Shown: positions 18,785 through 29,662 of the stretch, piece after piece
Layout of the letters: every line of letters starts with the position of its first letter
How positions within the stretch are numbered: position 1 is the first letter of the stretch
Virus record (IMG/VR): IMGVR_UViG_3300027754_005796
Coordinates: 96,001-160,000 of that record
Length of the DNA stretch: 64,000 nt
Origin: a virus
Reading direction: 5' to 3' (one strand)
Notes under the pieces: model-generated
The model's input: the letters and a program-made list of their open reading frames with translations, nothing else
The model's database searches: none
Told to the model about the DNA's origin: nothing
Program-made: the position numbers and the translations under genes

Positions 18785-19936
18785 ATGTTGTCTATATTTT
18801 TAACATTTGCAGCATCCTTCGTTGGTTTGTGGGCGTTCTTCAAATATATTTTGTTGATTGAAATTCGAGTTGATGCCAACACATTCAAAACTTTCTATGA
18901 ATATTTCAAAAATGACAGGATGTTTCTATTACATGAGGAATTCACCTCTGAAACAAGACATCCAATTCATTACGCTGCCTTTTGTTGCCCACGCAATATG
19001 CCTTGGTTTTTTCTTTCTCACTCAGAAAGACTGATGCAGGCTGGCTGGATCAGCAAAGATTATGTGACAATAATTACCTGTTTTAGATGGCGTTATCGTT
19101 TCTTGAAAAATTTTCTGCAAACAAAATTAGTTGAGTCCAGTTTCAAGACTCATGGCATACCAGTTCAATTGTTGTTGCCATATGGTTTGGATCGTATTGG
19201 CGCATTGAAAGAACAAGCTCCTGAGCCTGTAGTCGATAGGTCGCTCTGGGAAGACTTGGAGAAAGAAGTTCAAGAAATTCTTAAGGGTTCCAGAAGAAAG
19301 ACGGGAGCTTTGCTCTACGGTCCACCCGGAAATGGCAAAACAAGTTTGGTCAAGTATATTGCAACCAAATACAGGTTGCCGATTATGATTTTTACTTTGA
19401 ATCCCGAATGGAATAATCAGGACATGCTAATGTTGTTCAGCAATATTCCTCAAGGCTGTATAGTCTTAATGGAAGATTTTGATAATTATTTTGACAAGCG
19501 TGTATGCATTGTCGGAAATGGCGATAAAGGTTGTGTTAAATTCACATATGATGTCATTTTGAATGGTCTTGACGGCGTTTACAACACATATGAGCGTGTC
19601 GTATTCATAATGACCGTCAATGATAAAAACAAAGTTGATGATGCCCTGATGAATCGGCCAAGTCGATTTAAGTTTGCTCGTGAGTTTGCTAATCCAGACC
19701 TTGCTGTGCGAATAAAACTTCTTGGAGAGGATTGGGCTGCAAGCACAGAAGGACTAAATTTGGATCAAATCTACAGACTGCAAGAGTATCAAAAACAAGG
19801 AAACAGTCTGGTTGAAGGCACCAAGAAATTAAACATCAAAGCAAACGCTGTTGAGAAAAAAGAGGCTTTGTCTGTTTTTCTCGCAAGCGCCATCTCATCA
19901 AATCAAGACATAGTCAATGAATTCAAGTTCAAGTAA
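18785..19936 (+). CDS. Membrane-anchored AAA+ ATPase (BCS1-like)
   Basis: N-terminal TM; Walker A GPPGNGKT, Walker B VLMEDFD, ILNGLDG, RPSRF. Confidence 0.8.
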   Translation: MLSIFLTFAASFVGLWAFFKYILLIEIRVDANTFKTFYEYFKNDRMFLLHEEFTSETRHPIHYAAFCCPRNMPWFFLSHSERLMQAGWISKDYVTIITCFRWRYRFLKNFLQTKLVESSFKTHGIPVQLLLPYGLDRIGALKEQAPEPVVDRSLWEDLEKEVQEILKGSRRKTGALLYGPPGNGKTSLVKYIATKYRLPIMIFTLNPEWNNQDMLMLFSNIPQGCIVLMEDFDNYFDKRVCIVGNGDKGCVKFTYDVILNGLDGVYNTYERVVFIMTVNDKNKVDDALMNRPSRFKFAREFANPDLAVRIKLLGEDWAASTEGLNLDQIYRLQEYQKQGNSLVEGTKKLNIKANAVEKKEALSVFLASAISSNQDIVNEFKFK

Positions 19937-20809
19937 ATTTCTCGGAAATTCTTCACCGGATGCAAACTTTTGATTTGCGCTATTTTTGAATTTCTCCTTG
20001 ATTCTTCGTAAAATGTTTGGATTGTGTGTGAAAAACATTTCCACATCTCTCTTTGTTTCTTTTTCGCTGAGAATTGAGTAGCCTGCTGTCTTAAAGGTTT
20101 TTTTGTAGCTTTCCTGTGGATCAAGCAATTTGTGCGAAGTTAGTGTTTTGACACCCATGTTGCCGAGTTCTTCTTCGTTAAAAATAAGATGAATAAATGC
20201 TTTGTTGTTATCAGCATGGGCACCATGTCTGGACACCCAAGGATGACATCTTAAACATATCTTGCAATCTTCGGTTTTTATAGATTTTATTTTTTCCAAA
20301 GTCTGATCAAAGTCTCCTGTGTGATCCATCACATCGTGCGCTAGGATGATGTCGTAAGGACCGTTTTTTTCCACATCTGTCCATGAATTTGTGAGTAATA
20401 AATTATTTGTGTTTTCAAATTTCCAATCTTGTTTTTTTGCGTCACATCCTACAACTTTTCTTGGTCCGTGAAGGTTGGTCATCACATACGCAACATGTCC
20501 TTCACCGCAGCCGATTTGCAGCACAGTTTTGTCAATCATATCTACTTTGATCAACTCGTGGACTATTTTTGCGCCTTGGTGCAATTTTTCATCTTCAGTT
20601 GTGCATATTTCCTCTGAAGGGATCGCATCTGGCCACACGCCTGATTTGGATAACATTCTGAGTTCTGTAATTTCTTTTAATTTTTCGTGATCAGTCTTGG
20701 GTTCAGGAGGCAGGGCTTTTTCTTCTGCAAGCAATTTTTGCATAAAATGCATCATGGCTTCCATATGGCTAATAAACTGTTTGACCGTTTGAATTTCAAT
20801 TTTCGTCAT
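19898..20809 (-). CDS. Class I SAM-dependent methyltransferase
   Basis: VLQIGCGEGH, YDIILAHDVMDH, HPWVSRHGAH. Confidence 0.75.
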   Translation of the reverse strand: MTKIEIQTVKQFISHMEAMMHFMQKLLAEEKALPPEPKTDHEKLKEITELRMLSKSGVWPDAIPSEEICTTEDEKLHQGAKIVHELIKVDMIDKTVLQIGCGEGHVAYVMTNLHGPRKVVGCDAKKQDWKFENTNNLLLTNSWTDVEKNGPYDIILAHDVMDHTGDFDQTLEKIKSIKTEDCKICLRCHPWVSRHGAHADNNKAFIHLIFNEEELGNMGVKTLTSHKLLDPQESYKKTFKTAGYSILSEKETKRDVEMFFTHNPNILRRIKEKFKNSANQKFASGEEFPRNLLELEFIDYVLI

Positions 20810-20811
20810 GA

Positions 20812-22086
20812 TTACCTCTGAACCACTAAGAGTTTGTTGTTGCAATATAGACTGAATTGAACGCCTTCATTTTGTAGGTGGGCAACGATCCTATTGTCGC
20901 AATGCAGGTCTTCTATGATGTAAAGACCGTTGTTGTCCAGAAGTTTGAAGAAGTTGTTGAAGGATAATATCTGCGCATCATAAACATGAGGTCCATCATC
21001 TATAATTATGTCATATTTTTGTCCTAGTTTGACAATTTTATCGTGATCTTTTTGTTCAAACTGGTTGATCTGATGAAACCCGAAGTTCGGCATGGTTTGT
21101 TCCAAGTCTGAACAATCTGCGATGTCAAGCCCTGTGATTTCGATGTTCTGGAAGTATGAATCCCATATTTTGATTGAGGCATAAGGAAATCTGGGATCGC
21201 TGATGCCTATTTCTAGTAGCTTTGTAGGACAAAGTCTTCTGCTTGTAAACAGACTTTCATAAACCTCTGTGTAAGAATGTTTTTCACCAACTTCTGTGCC
21301 TTTATCTGAACCTATGTAATTAGTAATTTTCGTCAAAGGCATAGAGGTGGAGAGTGCCTTAAGTCTTTGAAATTTTTCGACTTGTTCATTATTCATTTTT
21401 GTTTGGAAGAACTCAGTCCAGAATTCGTCATTTAGTGCATCAAAGTTGTAATTGTAATTTGTATTTGCAATGCAATAAGAGTCGGATATGGGCGCTACCT
21501 TGCCGCAAATTGATTCTGCTGCCCATCTGCTTGTTTCGGCTGGAAGTTTCATTTCCAACATTCTCTGCGTGTTGAACCAGAAATAAGTTCCGCTGAAATG
21601 CCAGTCGCTGCAAACCCAAGGAGCGCATGAAACATCTTTTCTCAAGCATCCGGCAAAAATGTTGTAAAACATGTTCAATTCAATGTGTGGAGTAAATTCT
21701 TTTTCAAGGTTGAAGTAGTACATGGCGATGATCCAGTTCAGGCAATTTTGGTAAGTATCATCGTGAGTTGTTCCTTTGTTGTGGCAATAAAAAGTGATGC
21801 TGCGTTGGTTTTTCAGCCGATGTATTTGTTCTTGAAAATAGGCGCTTTCTCGGCACTCGGAATCATTTTTGACAAATTCAATTTCTTTGTTGGGGAAAAA
21901 ACTGAAAAGATCGATAATTCTCTTTTTATTTTTGATGGATTTATCGGAAGCCAAGTAAATTATGATTTGTCCGTCAAAAACATTGTTGTAATGTTTGAGT
22001 AGGTTGAGATGTGTCAAAAAATTCTTGTCTATGAAGTCTTCGTTTTGAAGATAGGCATAGAACATGAGATTTTTCGTAAATGACAT
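20812..22086 (-). CDS. Glycosyltransferase-like / methyltransferase fusion
   Basis: N-half YCHNKGTT..WHFSGTYFW; C-half SDKG..HSYTEVY, LLEIGI, DIIIDDGPH, GLYIIEDL. Confidence 0.65.
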   Translation of the reverse strand: MSFTKNLMFYAYLQNEDFIDKNFLTHLNLLKHYNNVFDGQIIIYLASDKSIKNKKRIIDLFSFFPNKEIEFVKNDSECRESAYFQEQIHRLKNQRSITFYCHNKGTTHDDTYQNCLNWIIAMYYFNLEKEFTPHIELNMFYNIFAGCLRKDVSCAPWVCSDWHFSGTYFWFNTQRMLEMKLPAETSRWAAESICGKVAPISDSYCIANTNYNYNFDALNDEFWTEFFQTKMNNEQVEKFQRLKALSTSMPLTKITNYIGSDKGTEVGEKHSYTEVYESLFTSRRLCPTKLLEIGISDPRFPYASIKIWDSYFQNIEITGLDIADCSDLEQTMPNFGFHQINQFEQKDHDKIVKLGQKYDIIIDDGPHVYDAQILSFNNFFKLLDNNGLYIIEDLHCDNRIVAHLQNEGVQFSLYCNNKLLVVQR

Positions 22087-22144
22087 TTGAGGCTCCGTGT
22101 TAATCTACTCTAATAGAGAAAACCTAGATTAATTTGGAGTTTTC

Positions 22145-22912
22145 ATGGAAGACAAAATATTTGTTAAACGCAGCGTAACGGATCAGCCTTTTTACATGAT
22201 GCCGGTTGAAATAATTATTCCATATCATAATCAACTCACCAAAGTTGCTAATCTTTTGAATGATATATTTTCCACAGTCACCACAAATCGATATCTTGTT
22301 ACTTTAGTTGATGATGGCTCGGACAACAACACTTTACCCGATCAGATTAAAGACCGAAAATTAGATGGAATACGCATCTTGTCACATGCTAAATGCCAAG
22401 GATTTGGAGCAGCAGTCAATACTGCGCTTAAAAATCCATTTTCAGATAAAATTCCATATGTCCTGATTTTGCACTCCGATGTCGGACTCAGAGATTTGAG
22501 TTGGTTGCAAAATTTGGGGACATCTTTGATAAAAATGAAATCAGATGGAGTTAAGATGATATCTCCAACCACCAATAATCCTGTGGCAAGCTATGATTGT
22601 ATGAAAGCCACAAATTCTTTGGAAAAGCCTGATTTTATTTTAAATAATGAATATTTGCCAATGTACGCAGCACTTTGCCACCGTGAACTTTTTTCGAGAG
22701 TTGGGCTGATGACAGAGTGTCCTTATGCTGGCACGGAGGTAGAGGAGTTTGCAGATCGTATGCGGAAAAATAATTTCCGACAGGCGATTTGTGGTTCAAG
22801 TTGGGTTTACCATGAAGGAAATGCAAGTTTGTCGCATTTTTCCAAAAATAAAAAAATTCAGGAAATTATAAGCAAAACCAGACAGGAGTATTTGTCTAAA
22901 AAATTGGTTTGA
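22145..22912 (+). CDS. GT2 glycosyltransferase
   Basis: IIIPYHN, LVDDGS, GFGAAVN, ILHSD. Confidence 0.8.
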   Translation: MEDKIFVKRSVTDQPFYMMPVEIIIPYHNQLTKVANLLNDIFSTVTTNRYLVTLVDDGSDNNTLPDQIKDRKLDGIRILSHAKCQGFGAAVNTALKNPFSDKIPYVLILHSDVGLRDLSWLQNLGTSLIKMKSDGVKMISPTTNNPVASYDCMKATNSLEKPDFILNNEYLPMYAALCHRELFSRVGLMTECPYAGTEVEEFADRMRKNNFRQAICGSSWVYHEGNASLSHFSKNKKIQEIISKTRQEYLSKKLV

Positions 22913-22978
22913 CATAGTAAGTGTGAAAGGTTAGAGTCTTGGACTCTTGGCCAATCACTTCGAGTATGGAGGTAAGTC

Positions 22979-23440
22979 ATGGGTAAGATAGTGAGCGTTA
23001 TTTTTGGTTTTTTTGGGTTTTTTGCGACTTTGGTCAGTTTGTATTTTGTCTACGATGCCTGCAATGTGCATCAACGATTTGAAATGAAAGAGATTGCGCT
23101 GCAAACGGAACGATTTAGAGCAGAAAATCTATATGATGAAGTTTCTGCTCTAAGGTATAAGTTATCAGACAGACCAACATATCTGGATGGTTATCGAGAC
23201 GCTGTTTTGCGTGCTGGAGTCCCCAACAATTCCGGTTCGTACAAGGATGGATTTTACGCAGCGTTTACCATGATGGGCGAAGGATCGTTTTTGGATGGCA
23301 TGAATGTCGCAAGAGCGCAATTTGGCCTGTCTCAAATCGTTTTGCCAACCAAAGAAACCGTAGGTCCACCCACCATGATGGATAGGGTAAAGCTTTTGGA
23401 GGAATTTGAAAAAACTTCACCACTCAAAACAAACAAGTAA
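22979..23440 (+). CDS. Membrane-anchored hypothetical protein
   Basis: N-terminal TM; repeated (Y/F)xDG motifs; RBS GGAGG. Confidence 0.65.
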   Translation: MGKIVSVIFGFFGFFATLVSLYFVYDACNVHQRFEMKEIALQTERFRAENLYDEVSALRYKLSDRPTYLDGYRDAVLRAGVPNNSGSYKDGFYAAFTMMGEGSFLDGMNVARAQFGLSQIVLPTKETVGPPTMMDRVKLLEEFEKTSPLKTNK

Positions 23441-23493
23441 TTTTCGTGTTATATTGGTTCTAGAGGATGAGCAAACTACGCAGGAGGTGACGG

Positions 23494-23670
23494 ATGTTGG
23501 TACTGAGTCGTAAATTGAACGAAGCTATTATGATTGGAGATAATATCAAAATTACAATTATAGATCTTGATAAAGGTCGTGTTCGGCTTGGCATCGAAGC
23601 TGATCGTAATATCCCTGTTCATCGTATTGAGGTATACAAGTCAATACAGGTAAAAAATGAGCAATCCTAG
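23494..23670 (+). CDS. csrA: Carbon storage regulator CsrA (copy 1)
   Basis: Not in ORF track. MLVLSRKLNEAIMIGDNIKITIIDLDKGRVRLGIEADRNIPVHRIEVYKSIQVKNEQS; RBS AGGAGG. Confidence 0.9.
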   Translation: MLVLSRKLNEAIMIGDNIKITIIDLDKGRVRLGIEADRNIPVHRIEVYKSIQVKNEQS

Positions 23671-23851
23671 ACTTTGTCCGCAATGTAGGCAAATCATCCC
23701 TACAGACTGTGGTTATCAATTTGATAGCAGTTTGAATATGATTTGTCTGCAATGTGGATCTTATGTTTTGATATCTGGACTAAACACAGAGCATTCTTAT
23801 GCAGAAAATAATCAGCAGTCTGTTTCAGCATCACAACAAGAATCTATTTAA
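23657..23851 (+). CDS. Zn-ribbon small protein
   Basis: CPQC...CLQC. Confidence 0.5.
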   Translation: MSNPRLCPQCRQIIPTDCGYQFDSSLNMICLQCGSYVLISGLNTEHSYAENNQQSVSASQQESI

Positions 23852-24443
23852 CAATTCACTTCAAATTCCACGAATTGAAATTGATTTTGACCGCAAATTC
23901 ATTATGCGGTGGATTGAAGATGCCATTTATATTGGTGTCGAAATTGCAACTATATCTTTGCCCGAACTGCATTGTCATGTCATTCACGAAATGGTACATA
24001 TCAGCAATGCCGAGCAAGACATAGAAGATGTCGGCGTAAATCAATATCACAACAAATTGTTTTGCAACAAATGCCTTAATTTAGGCTTTTTTGTTGTCAG
24101 ACATTGGACGCAGGGTTGGAGTTTGAACACAACTTTGCCGTTGAGAAATGTTCGTGACAAGAATATGTTTAAATCCCCCACGCAGCATGATCGTGAAAAC
24201 CTGCTCAAGGCTATCAAAGAGTTCAAAATGCATCGTGGTGAGTTCAGCAACAACATCGCCTGTGTGCGTTCGCAAATTTCTGCAAAAATTCCTAGTAAAA
24301 CCTTTTTTTTGAAGTATGTATGTCAATGCCCCTCTCCGCACAATAGCATTAGATCGGGACGCAGGCCAGACGGCAGAAACTCTCTCGATATCAAATGCAA
24401 GCGTTGCAATTGCGACTTTAGTTGTGTTTCTCCCCTAGTTTAA
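23799..24443 (+). CDS. SprT-like zinc metalloprotease
   Basis: VIHEMVH...YHNKLF; C-terminal YVCQC..CKRC zinc ribbon. Confidence 0.75.
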   Translation: MQKIISSLFQHHNKNLFNNSLQIPRIEIDFDRKFIMRWIEDAIYIGVEIATISLPELHCHVIHEMVHISNAEQDIEDVGVNQYHNKLFCNKCLNLGFFVVRHWTQGWSLNTTLPLRNVRDKNMFKSPTQHDRENLLKAIKEFKMHRGEFSNNIACVRSQISAKIPSKTFFLKYVCQCPSPHNSIRSGRRPDGRNSLDIKCKRCNCDFSCVSPLV

Positions 24444-24729
24444 AATCTGGGGATATTTTTTTAATTACTTTGATATAAAAAAAATATAGCAAAGCTGTAG
24501 TAATTGAAAATTCTAAAAAACCGGATGTTATTTTTCCAATTTCAAAGTCCATGTCTGTGACGGGCGTAAACACTATAGTGTGGTCTATCCTCCAGACCAT
24601 GATACAAAGCACACAAGATAAAAAGCATCAGCGACGATGAAAGAACATTGATGTTTCATATTCCAGAACTGATGGACTATAGTAAGACAGTTGTGGAATT
24701 TAAAGAAAATTCAAGACTGGAGAAACAAA

Positions 24730-25380
24730 ATGAATCCCCTTCCTCCTGAAGATTTATTGCCGCCTCAATACGAAGGTTGGAATTATGAAAATCAAATATT
24801 TGAAAATCTGGTAAAAGAAATCAATCCAAGAGTTATAATCGAAGTTGGTTCTTGGAAGGGCATGTCTGCAATAAAACTTTATAAGGCTGCTGAAAACATA
24901 AGTAAAGATTTTAATTTGTATTGTGTCGATACATGGTTGGGAGCATCTGAGCACATGGACGATATGTCTCATGGTGGTCTTTTTGAAAAGCGGCATGGAT
25001 ATCCGATGCTTTATTTTCAATTTTTATCCAACATGCAGCATCAGAACTGCTTGGAAAATCTTCACCCTATGCCAAATACCTCTGCCAATTGTGCCAGATG
25101 GTTCGGTAAGAAAAAAATCAAAGCGGATTTGATTTATGTTGATGGAAGCCATGAAATTCCAGATGTGTATTATGATTGCTGCAATTATTGGGAGCTATTG
25201 AGTCCCGGCGGCATTATGTTTGGTGATGACATTCGTTACGGACCAGTTGAAGCCTGTGTCAATAATTTTTGTGAACTTGTGAAAATCAATAAAACAGAGA
25301 TTGACAACAATTATTGGCTTGTGAGAAAACCAGCCCCGCTTTCTGCATGTAGCATTTTATCGTACTGTCCGGTTTGGTGA
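24730..25380 (+). CDS. Methyltransferase (Methyltransf_24-like)
   Basis: IIEVGSWKGMS, CVDTWLG, DLIYVDGSH, GGIMFGDD. Confidence 0.85.
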   Translation: MNPLPPEDLLPPQYEGWNYENQIFENLVKEINPRVIIEVGSWKGMSAIKLYKAAENISKDFNLYCVDTWLGASEHMDDMSHGGLFEKRHGYPMLYFQFLSNMQHQNCLENLHPMPNTSANCARWFGKKKIKADLIYVDGSHEIPDVYYDCCNYWELLSPGGIMFGDDIRYGPVEACVNNFCELVKINKTEIDNNYWLVRKPAPLSACSILSYCPVW

Positions 25381-25497
25381 TAAAGACCAGCCAATCGAGC
25401 AAGTTCACGATTGTGGTCATTGCCAAATAGAAGTTTATTGCTTGTTATATTATAGTGATAGCTTTTACCAATATAATAAATGTGATCAGTCTGCATC

Positions 25498-27000
25498 TTA
25501 AAGGTGTGCTTGCCACTTGTTTATAAATTTTGTTTTTAATTCTGCGCTGAGTTCTTGGATGTCTCTATCGATAAGTTCCAAAGACGCATAACATTCGTGT
25601 CTTACTTTTGAAGAATTTACAAGATGATGTTCGATGTTGTTTGTTTTTAAAAACATAGCATAGTCATCATCTTGATAATAAAGATCGAATTGTTCATCAA
25701 ATTGACCCATTTTTTCAATCACTTCTCGGGTTGTGCAAATGCACCATCCCGCTATTTCATGCATGGTGCGGTATCCCAAAATAGATTCATTTGCCAACTG
25801 TTCTGGGGTGAAAAATTTTGAATGCCAATTTGGTTCTTGTGGACAGGCGGACAAAATTTTATTTTTTTCCATATAATCAACAAGATTAACAATTGAATCT
25901 TCTAGGAAAAAAAGATCATTGTTGCAAATTAAAATATATTTGTTTTTGCAGTATTGCAATCCAATATTTAAAAATTTGTTGTAATTAAATTTTTGATCAA
26001 TCACAATAGTTGTGGTTTCTGGATATATGTAACTTTTTTCAGCAGCATTTACATTTCCTTCAATCACAGTAATGTTGAAGTTTAATGATTTGTTTCTATT
26101 TTTCATTGTCTGAATGGTGCGTTGTGTAAGTCCGTAAAAGTTTAGGTCTTTTGTATAAGTCAAAATGACTGCATCAATTATTGTGTTTTCTTTTTTTCCC
26201 CACTCATATTCTTTCGTGCCATTGAAGCTGTTTTTGTCAATTTCATTTTGACATGTTATCATTTTATATTTTTTGGGCAAATATGGATTTTCACTTGGAC
26301 TTATGAATGAAAATGAATTATCACTAAAAAATGGATCTTTGAAATTTTTGATAGAATCTAATATATTTTGTTCATTGCAGATTTTTTCGTTGTTGAATTC
26401 TTGGTGGGAGAAGTTTTGAATTTTGTTCAATATAAATTCAACGCCACCAAAGTATGAGAAATGCCACCCGCCTTTTGGCAAAGTTTTATTGCTGTGAAAT
26501 CGAGCTTGTTCAGCACATCCTATTTCTTCAAATGTTTGCAGGTCCATAATTTTGGAATGATACCATTTTTCAGAATTTTTGCAGCTTATGTTGTAATAAT
26601 AAAAATCTTGTTCTAAAGCACATGGGCCTTTTATTGGATTTTTTTTCATTTGTTTTAAGAGATCGGCATCTGGAATTTCGTCAATATCTGCAATTATGAC
26701 AAGATCATCTCTTGTCATATCACACATTTTCAAACCTTTTCCGATACCGTTTCTTTGATGTGCCTCTCTAATCCACGGATTGTCTCCATCAGGCATATCA
26801 TTTACAACAACATGAATCAGTTTTTCGCAGTTAAAAAGGTGTTTGTTTTCTTGGAAAAATAAAGGCTTTGGTTTATTATTGAAGGTTTTGTTTGCTTCCA
26901 CCAACACAAAATAATCAACAACATCGCTTAATTCTGCGATTCTAAATTTGAGCATTTTAAGCTCGTTGTAAAATGTAAAGCAATCGGCTATTTTAATCAT
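25498..27000 (-). CDS. GT17 (MGAT3-like) + GT2 fusion glycosyltransferase
   Basis: DCFTFYNE..VDYFVLVE, REAHQRN, ADIDEIP, GGWHFSYFG; C-half paralogous to 3128-3793. Confidence 0.85.
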   Translation of the reverse strand: MIKIADCFTFYNELKMLKFRIAELSDVVDYFVLVEANKTFNNKPKPLFFQENKHLFNCEKLIHVVVNDMPDGDNPWIREAHQRNGIGKGLKMCDMTRDDLVIIADIDEIPDADLLKQMKKNPIKGPCALEQDFYYYNISCKNSEKWYHSKIMDLQTFEEIGCAEQARFHSNKTLPKGGWHFSYFGGVEFILNKIQNFSHQEFNNEKICNEQNILDSIKNFKDPFFSDNSFSFISPSENPYLPKKYKMITCQNEIDKNSFNGTKEYEWGKKENTIIDAVILTYTKDLNFYGLTQRTIQTMKNRNKSLNFNITVIEGNVNAAEKSYIYPETTTIVIDQKFNYNKFLNIGLQYCKNKYILICNNDLFFLEDSIVNLVDYMEKNKILSACPQEPNWHSKFFTPEQLANESILGYRTMHEIAGWCICTTREVIEKMGQFDEQFDLYYQDDDYAMFLKTNNIEHHLVNSSKVRHECYASLELIDRDIQELSAELKTKFINKWQAHL

Positions 27001-27315
27001 GGGTCACCATTTTAATTTTATGTCAAATAATTGGTTTTTTCAAATTTAGTGCTAAATAATTTTAAAGTTGGAGGATATGTGCGCCGTTCAATAAACATTC
27101 GGCGACTTGATTCTGTTTTGGTACAACATAGCCATTAAATTTTTGCTATAGGCAAAATCGGCATATTGTTTGAATTCTTGTTGAATTTTGTCTTTAGATA
27201 TAAAACTTTTTTATTCCATGATATAAAGATAGCAAGTTTAAATTAGAACTCCTTGATGCAACTCTTGTTAAAAATCGTGTTAAGTTGTTTGACTGGACGC
27301 AAGGAGGTGTATTCA

Positions 27316-27951
27316 ATGCGTATTTTATTTCCACCAAGACCCAAAGGAAGAATGCTTCCTACCGATTTACCTCACTATGAGGCATCCGGCAATTGGGTTG
27401 CTCAAAGAAAATTTCGTGGCAGTCGTGCTGTTCTGCACATTTCTACCGACAGGGTTGTTACGCTTGGCAATCGTCATGGTTCTCAATTTGCCAAGTTTGT
27501 TTTAGATCAAGGTTTCAAACAGGAAATACTCGATGGCTTGGATTTGAAGGACGGGTTGGAATATTGGCTTGATGGTGAATTGATGAACAAGGATATAAAT
27601 GCGACTAACGAGATTATCTTGTTCGATCTTTTGCAAGTTGGTAAGTATTTGTTCGGAGGGCCTAGCCAAATTGCCAGACTAAACATGTTGCACCAGATTT
27701 GCAGACATCCATCAAAAAATTGTCGTAATGGTCTTGCGCTGGAGGTGACTCCTCGTTTATGGCTTGCAGAGACATTTGAAAAAGATTTCGTGGTACACTT
27801 TGAAGAGGCTCTGTCTACCGAGCAAATCGAGGGTCTTGTGCTACGAAAAAAATCATCTTGTCTCGACAACTTTGGAGTTTCTGAATATGAGACTTCAAAT
27901 CTGATTCGCTGTCGCAAGCCGTTTGCGAAAGACAAGGGTTACGATTTCTGA
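27316..27951 (+). CDS. Minimal ATP-dependent ligase-like nucleotidyltransferase
   Basis: QRKFRGSR (motif I variant), WLDGEL, LFDLL, EGLVLRK; RBS AAGGAGG. Confidence 0.7.
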   Translation: MRILFPPRPKGRMLPTDLPHYEASGNWVAQRKFRGSRAVLHISTDRVVTLGNRHGSQFAKFVLDQGFKQEILDGLDLKDGLEYWLDGELMNKDINATNEIILFDLLQVGKYLFGGPSQIARLNMLHQICRHPSKNCRNGLALEVTPRLWLAETFEKDFVVHFEEALSTEQIEGLVLRKKSSCLDNFGVSEYETSNLIRCRKPFAKDKGYDF

Positions 27952-28027
27952 AAGGGGGAGCGTTTTATAGCTTAATTTTTCATGGTTTCAAGGTGAATTT
28001 CAAAATCTCATCAAAGGATGGTGCATT

Positions 28028-29281
28028 ATGTCGAAGAAGACTGACATGAATTTCCCAATTGAAAAAATGCCAGCAGGCACGAAGCATCTGTTTGGCAACA
28101 TGTACATGGTGTCATTCAATAGTATAAAAACCCCTGACCCTGAGGAGGCCAAGGATGGTGAATACCAGTTTCGCAATCCTAGGCTTTTGACAGAGCGAGG
28201 GCAGGCCGATCTATTGGACCGCAGGCTCTCCACGGAGCTTCGTGAAAGCATCAAGAATCGCACTCTTTTGAACCCTTTGGTCTGTAGGTGGGTTGAGGAT
28301 GGCGATAACTTCATCCCTATGGTGATCGGTGGTGATCGCCGGTATCGTGCCCTTGAGTATCTTATCCGTAAAAAGGAAGAGGTTCTCGATCCTCGTGGCG
28401 TTAAAGCAAGTGAGGATGGTTGGAAGTACGGCAAGGTTTCAGCCGATGTTGCCTATGAGTTTGTCCCCTGCCAAATATTTGTTTGCAACAACGATTTGCA
28501 AGCTCTTGCTTTGGCTTGGGCTGAAAACAAGAGTCGCATTAATTTGACGGAGGGGCATGAGATAGCCGAAGTCGTGAAGCTTCGTGCTGCGAATGCAACT
28601 GATTCCCAGATTGTTGGAATTCTTCAGCAAGACAGCAAGTGGTTGGCCGAGACAGATCGTTTGATCAATAGTCTTGATGCCAATACCTTGTCGGACCTTT
28701 TTGAAGGAAGGATTGATCGCCAGAGCGCCATTGAGCTTGGTGCGATTGATGACGAGGAGATTCGTGAACAGGTTCGCACAGTAGCGAATGACGCTGCTGC
28801 GGAAACCTGTCAGAAACGGATTGGTCGTATCCAATCGCAGATCGAGAAGGCTTTGGATCGTAAGGAAATCGCAGAGGGCAATTTGGCTGTTGCTGAAACA
28901 CCAAAGCAGCGAAAAAAGGCGCAGCAAGAAATTGAGTCTGCGACACAAGAAGTTGCGACTATGGACAATAAGCGGAATGCGATGCAGCCGGTTGTCAATT
29001 CTCGTGATGTTCGACAGGCATCGAGGGATATTACGGGAGATGTTCCTAAGCCCAAGGGCAAGCGTGGCCCCCAAAGCGGGCCTCGCAAGATGCGTGAGAA
29101 CAAGATCAAAGAAGGCCGTGAGTATCTCACCGGCATTTTACGCAACAACGGTCGTTGCCCTGAGGATACCTTCACGGCACAGATCGATTCCATCAAGTTA
29201 GTTTTGCGTGTTTTTGAGGAAAACATCATGTCGGGCAACGATGATTGGGCCGGGACGCTTCGTCGTCATTACGGCGCATAA
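28028..29281 (+). CDS. ParB/Srx-like domain protein
   Basis: LRESIKNRTLLNPL, IGGDRRYRAL, AENKSRINL; coiled-coil C-terminus. Confidence 0.75.
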   Translation: MSKKTDMNFPIEKMPAGTKHLFGNMYMVSFNSIKTPDPEEAKDGEYQFRNPRLLTERGQADLLDRRLSTELRESIKNRTLLNPLVCRWVEDGDNFIPMVIGGDRRYRALEYLIRKKEEVLDPRGVKASEDGWKYGKVSADVAYEFVPCQIFVCNNDLQALALAWAENKSRINLTEGHEIAEVVKLRAANATDSQIVGILQQDSKWLAETDRLINSLDANTLSDLFEGRIDRQSAIELGAIDDEEIREQVRTVANDAAAETCQKRIGRIQSQIEKALDRKEIAEGNLAVAETPKQRKKAQQEIESATQEVATMDNKRNAMQPVVNSRDVRQASRDITGDVPKPKGKRGPQSGPRKMRENKIKEGREYLTGILRNNGRCPEDTFTAQIDSIKLVLRVFEENIMSGNDDWAGTLRRHYGA

Positions 29282-29301
29282 TCGCTGCTTGCAAATTCAA
29301 T

Positions 29302-29333
29302 AAAAAAGCCTCACCAATCGGTGAGGTTTTTTT
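29302..29333 (+). terminator. Bidirectional intrinsic terminator
   Basis: AAAAAAGCCTCACC-AATC-GGTGAGGTTTTTTT. Confidence 0.85.
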
Positions 29334-29356
29334 ATTGATCAAGAATAAATACATCA

Positions 29357-29662
29357 ATGATTCAAGTGTGTCCCTTCTGCGGTCATGAACTAGAAACTGC
29401 TTTGACAGACGGGTTGACACATTGTGCTCATTGTAACCAAAATTTAGATTCCAGCGACCTGAATCAACTTTTAGCTGCTGGATGGCAAATAAGAAAGCAT
29501 CATTACAGCTTGGAGCAAATCAAGCACATCGCCAAATTAAACGATGATTTTGCAATTCTGGTTTACACCTTTGTTGGTGAATATGGTTATTCACATGATG
29601 AGTTTTTTAAATTGCTTAGAAAGTTAGGCGTTGCGCATAAATCTTACATAAATTTTCATTAA
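29357..29662 (+). CDS. Zn-ribbon hypothetical protein
   Basis: CPFC...CAHC. Confidence 0.6.
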   Translation: MIQVCPFCGHELETALTDGLTHCAHCNQNLDSSDLNQLLAAGWQIRKHHYSLEQIKHIAKLNDDFAILVYTFVGEYGYSHDEFFKLLRKLGVAHKSYINFH

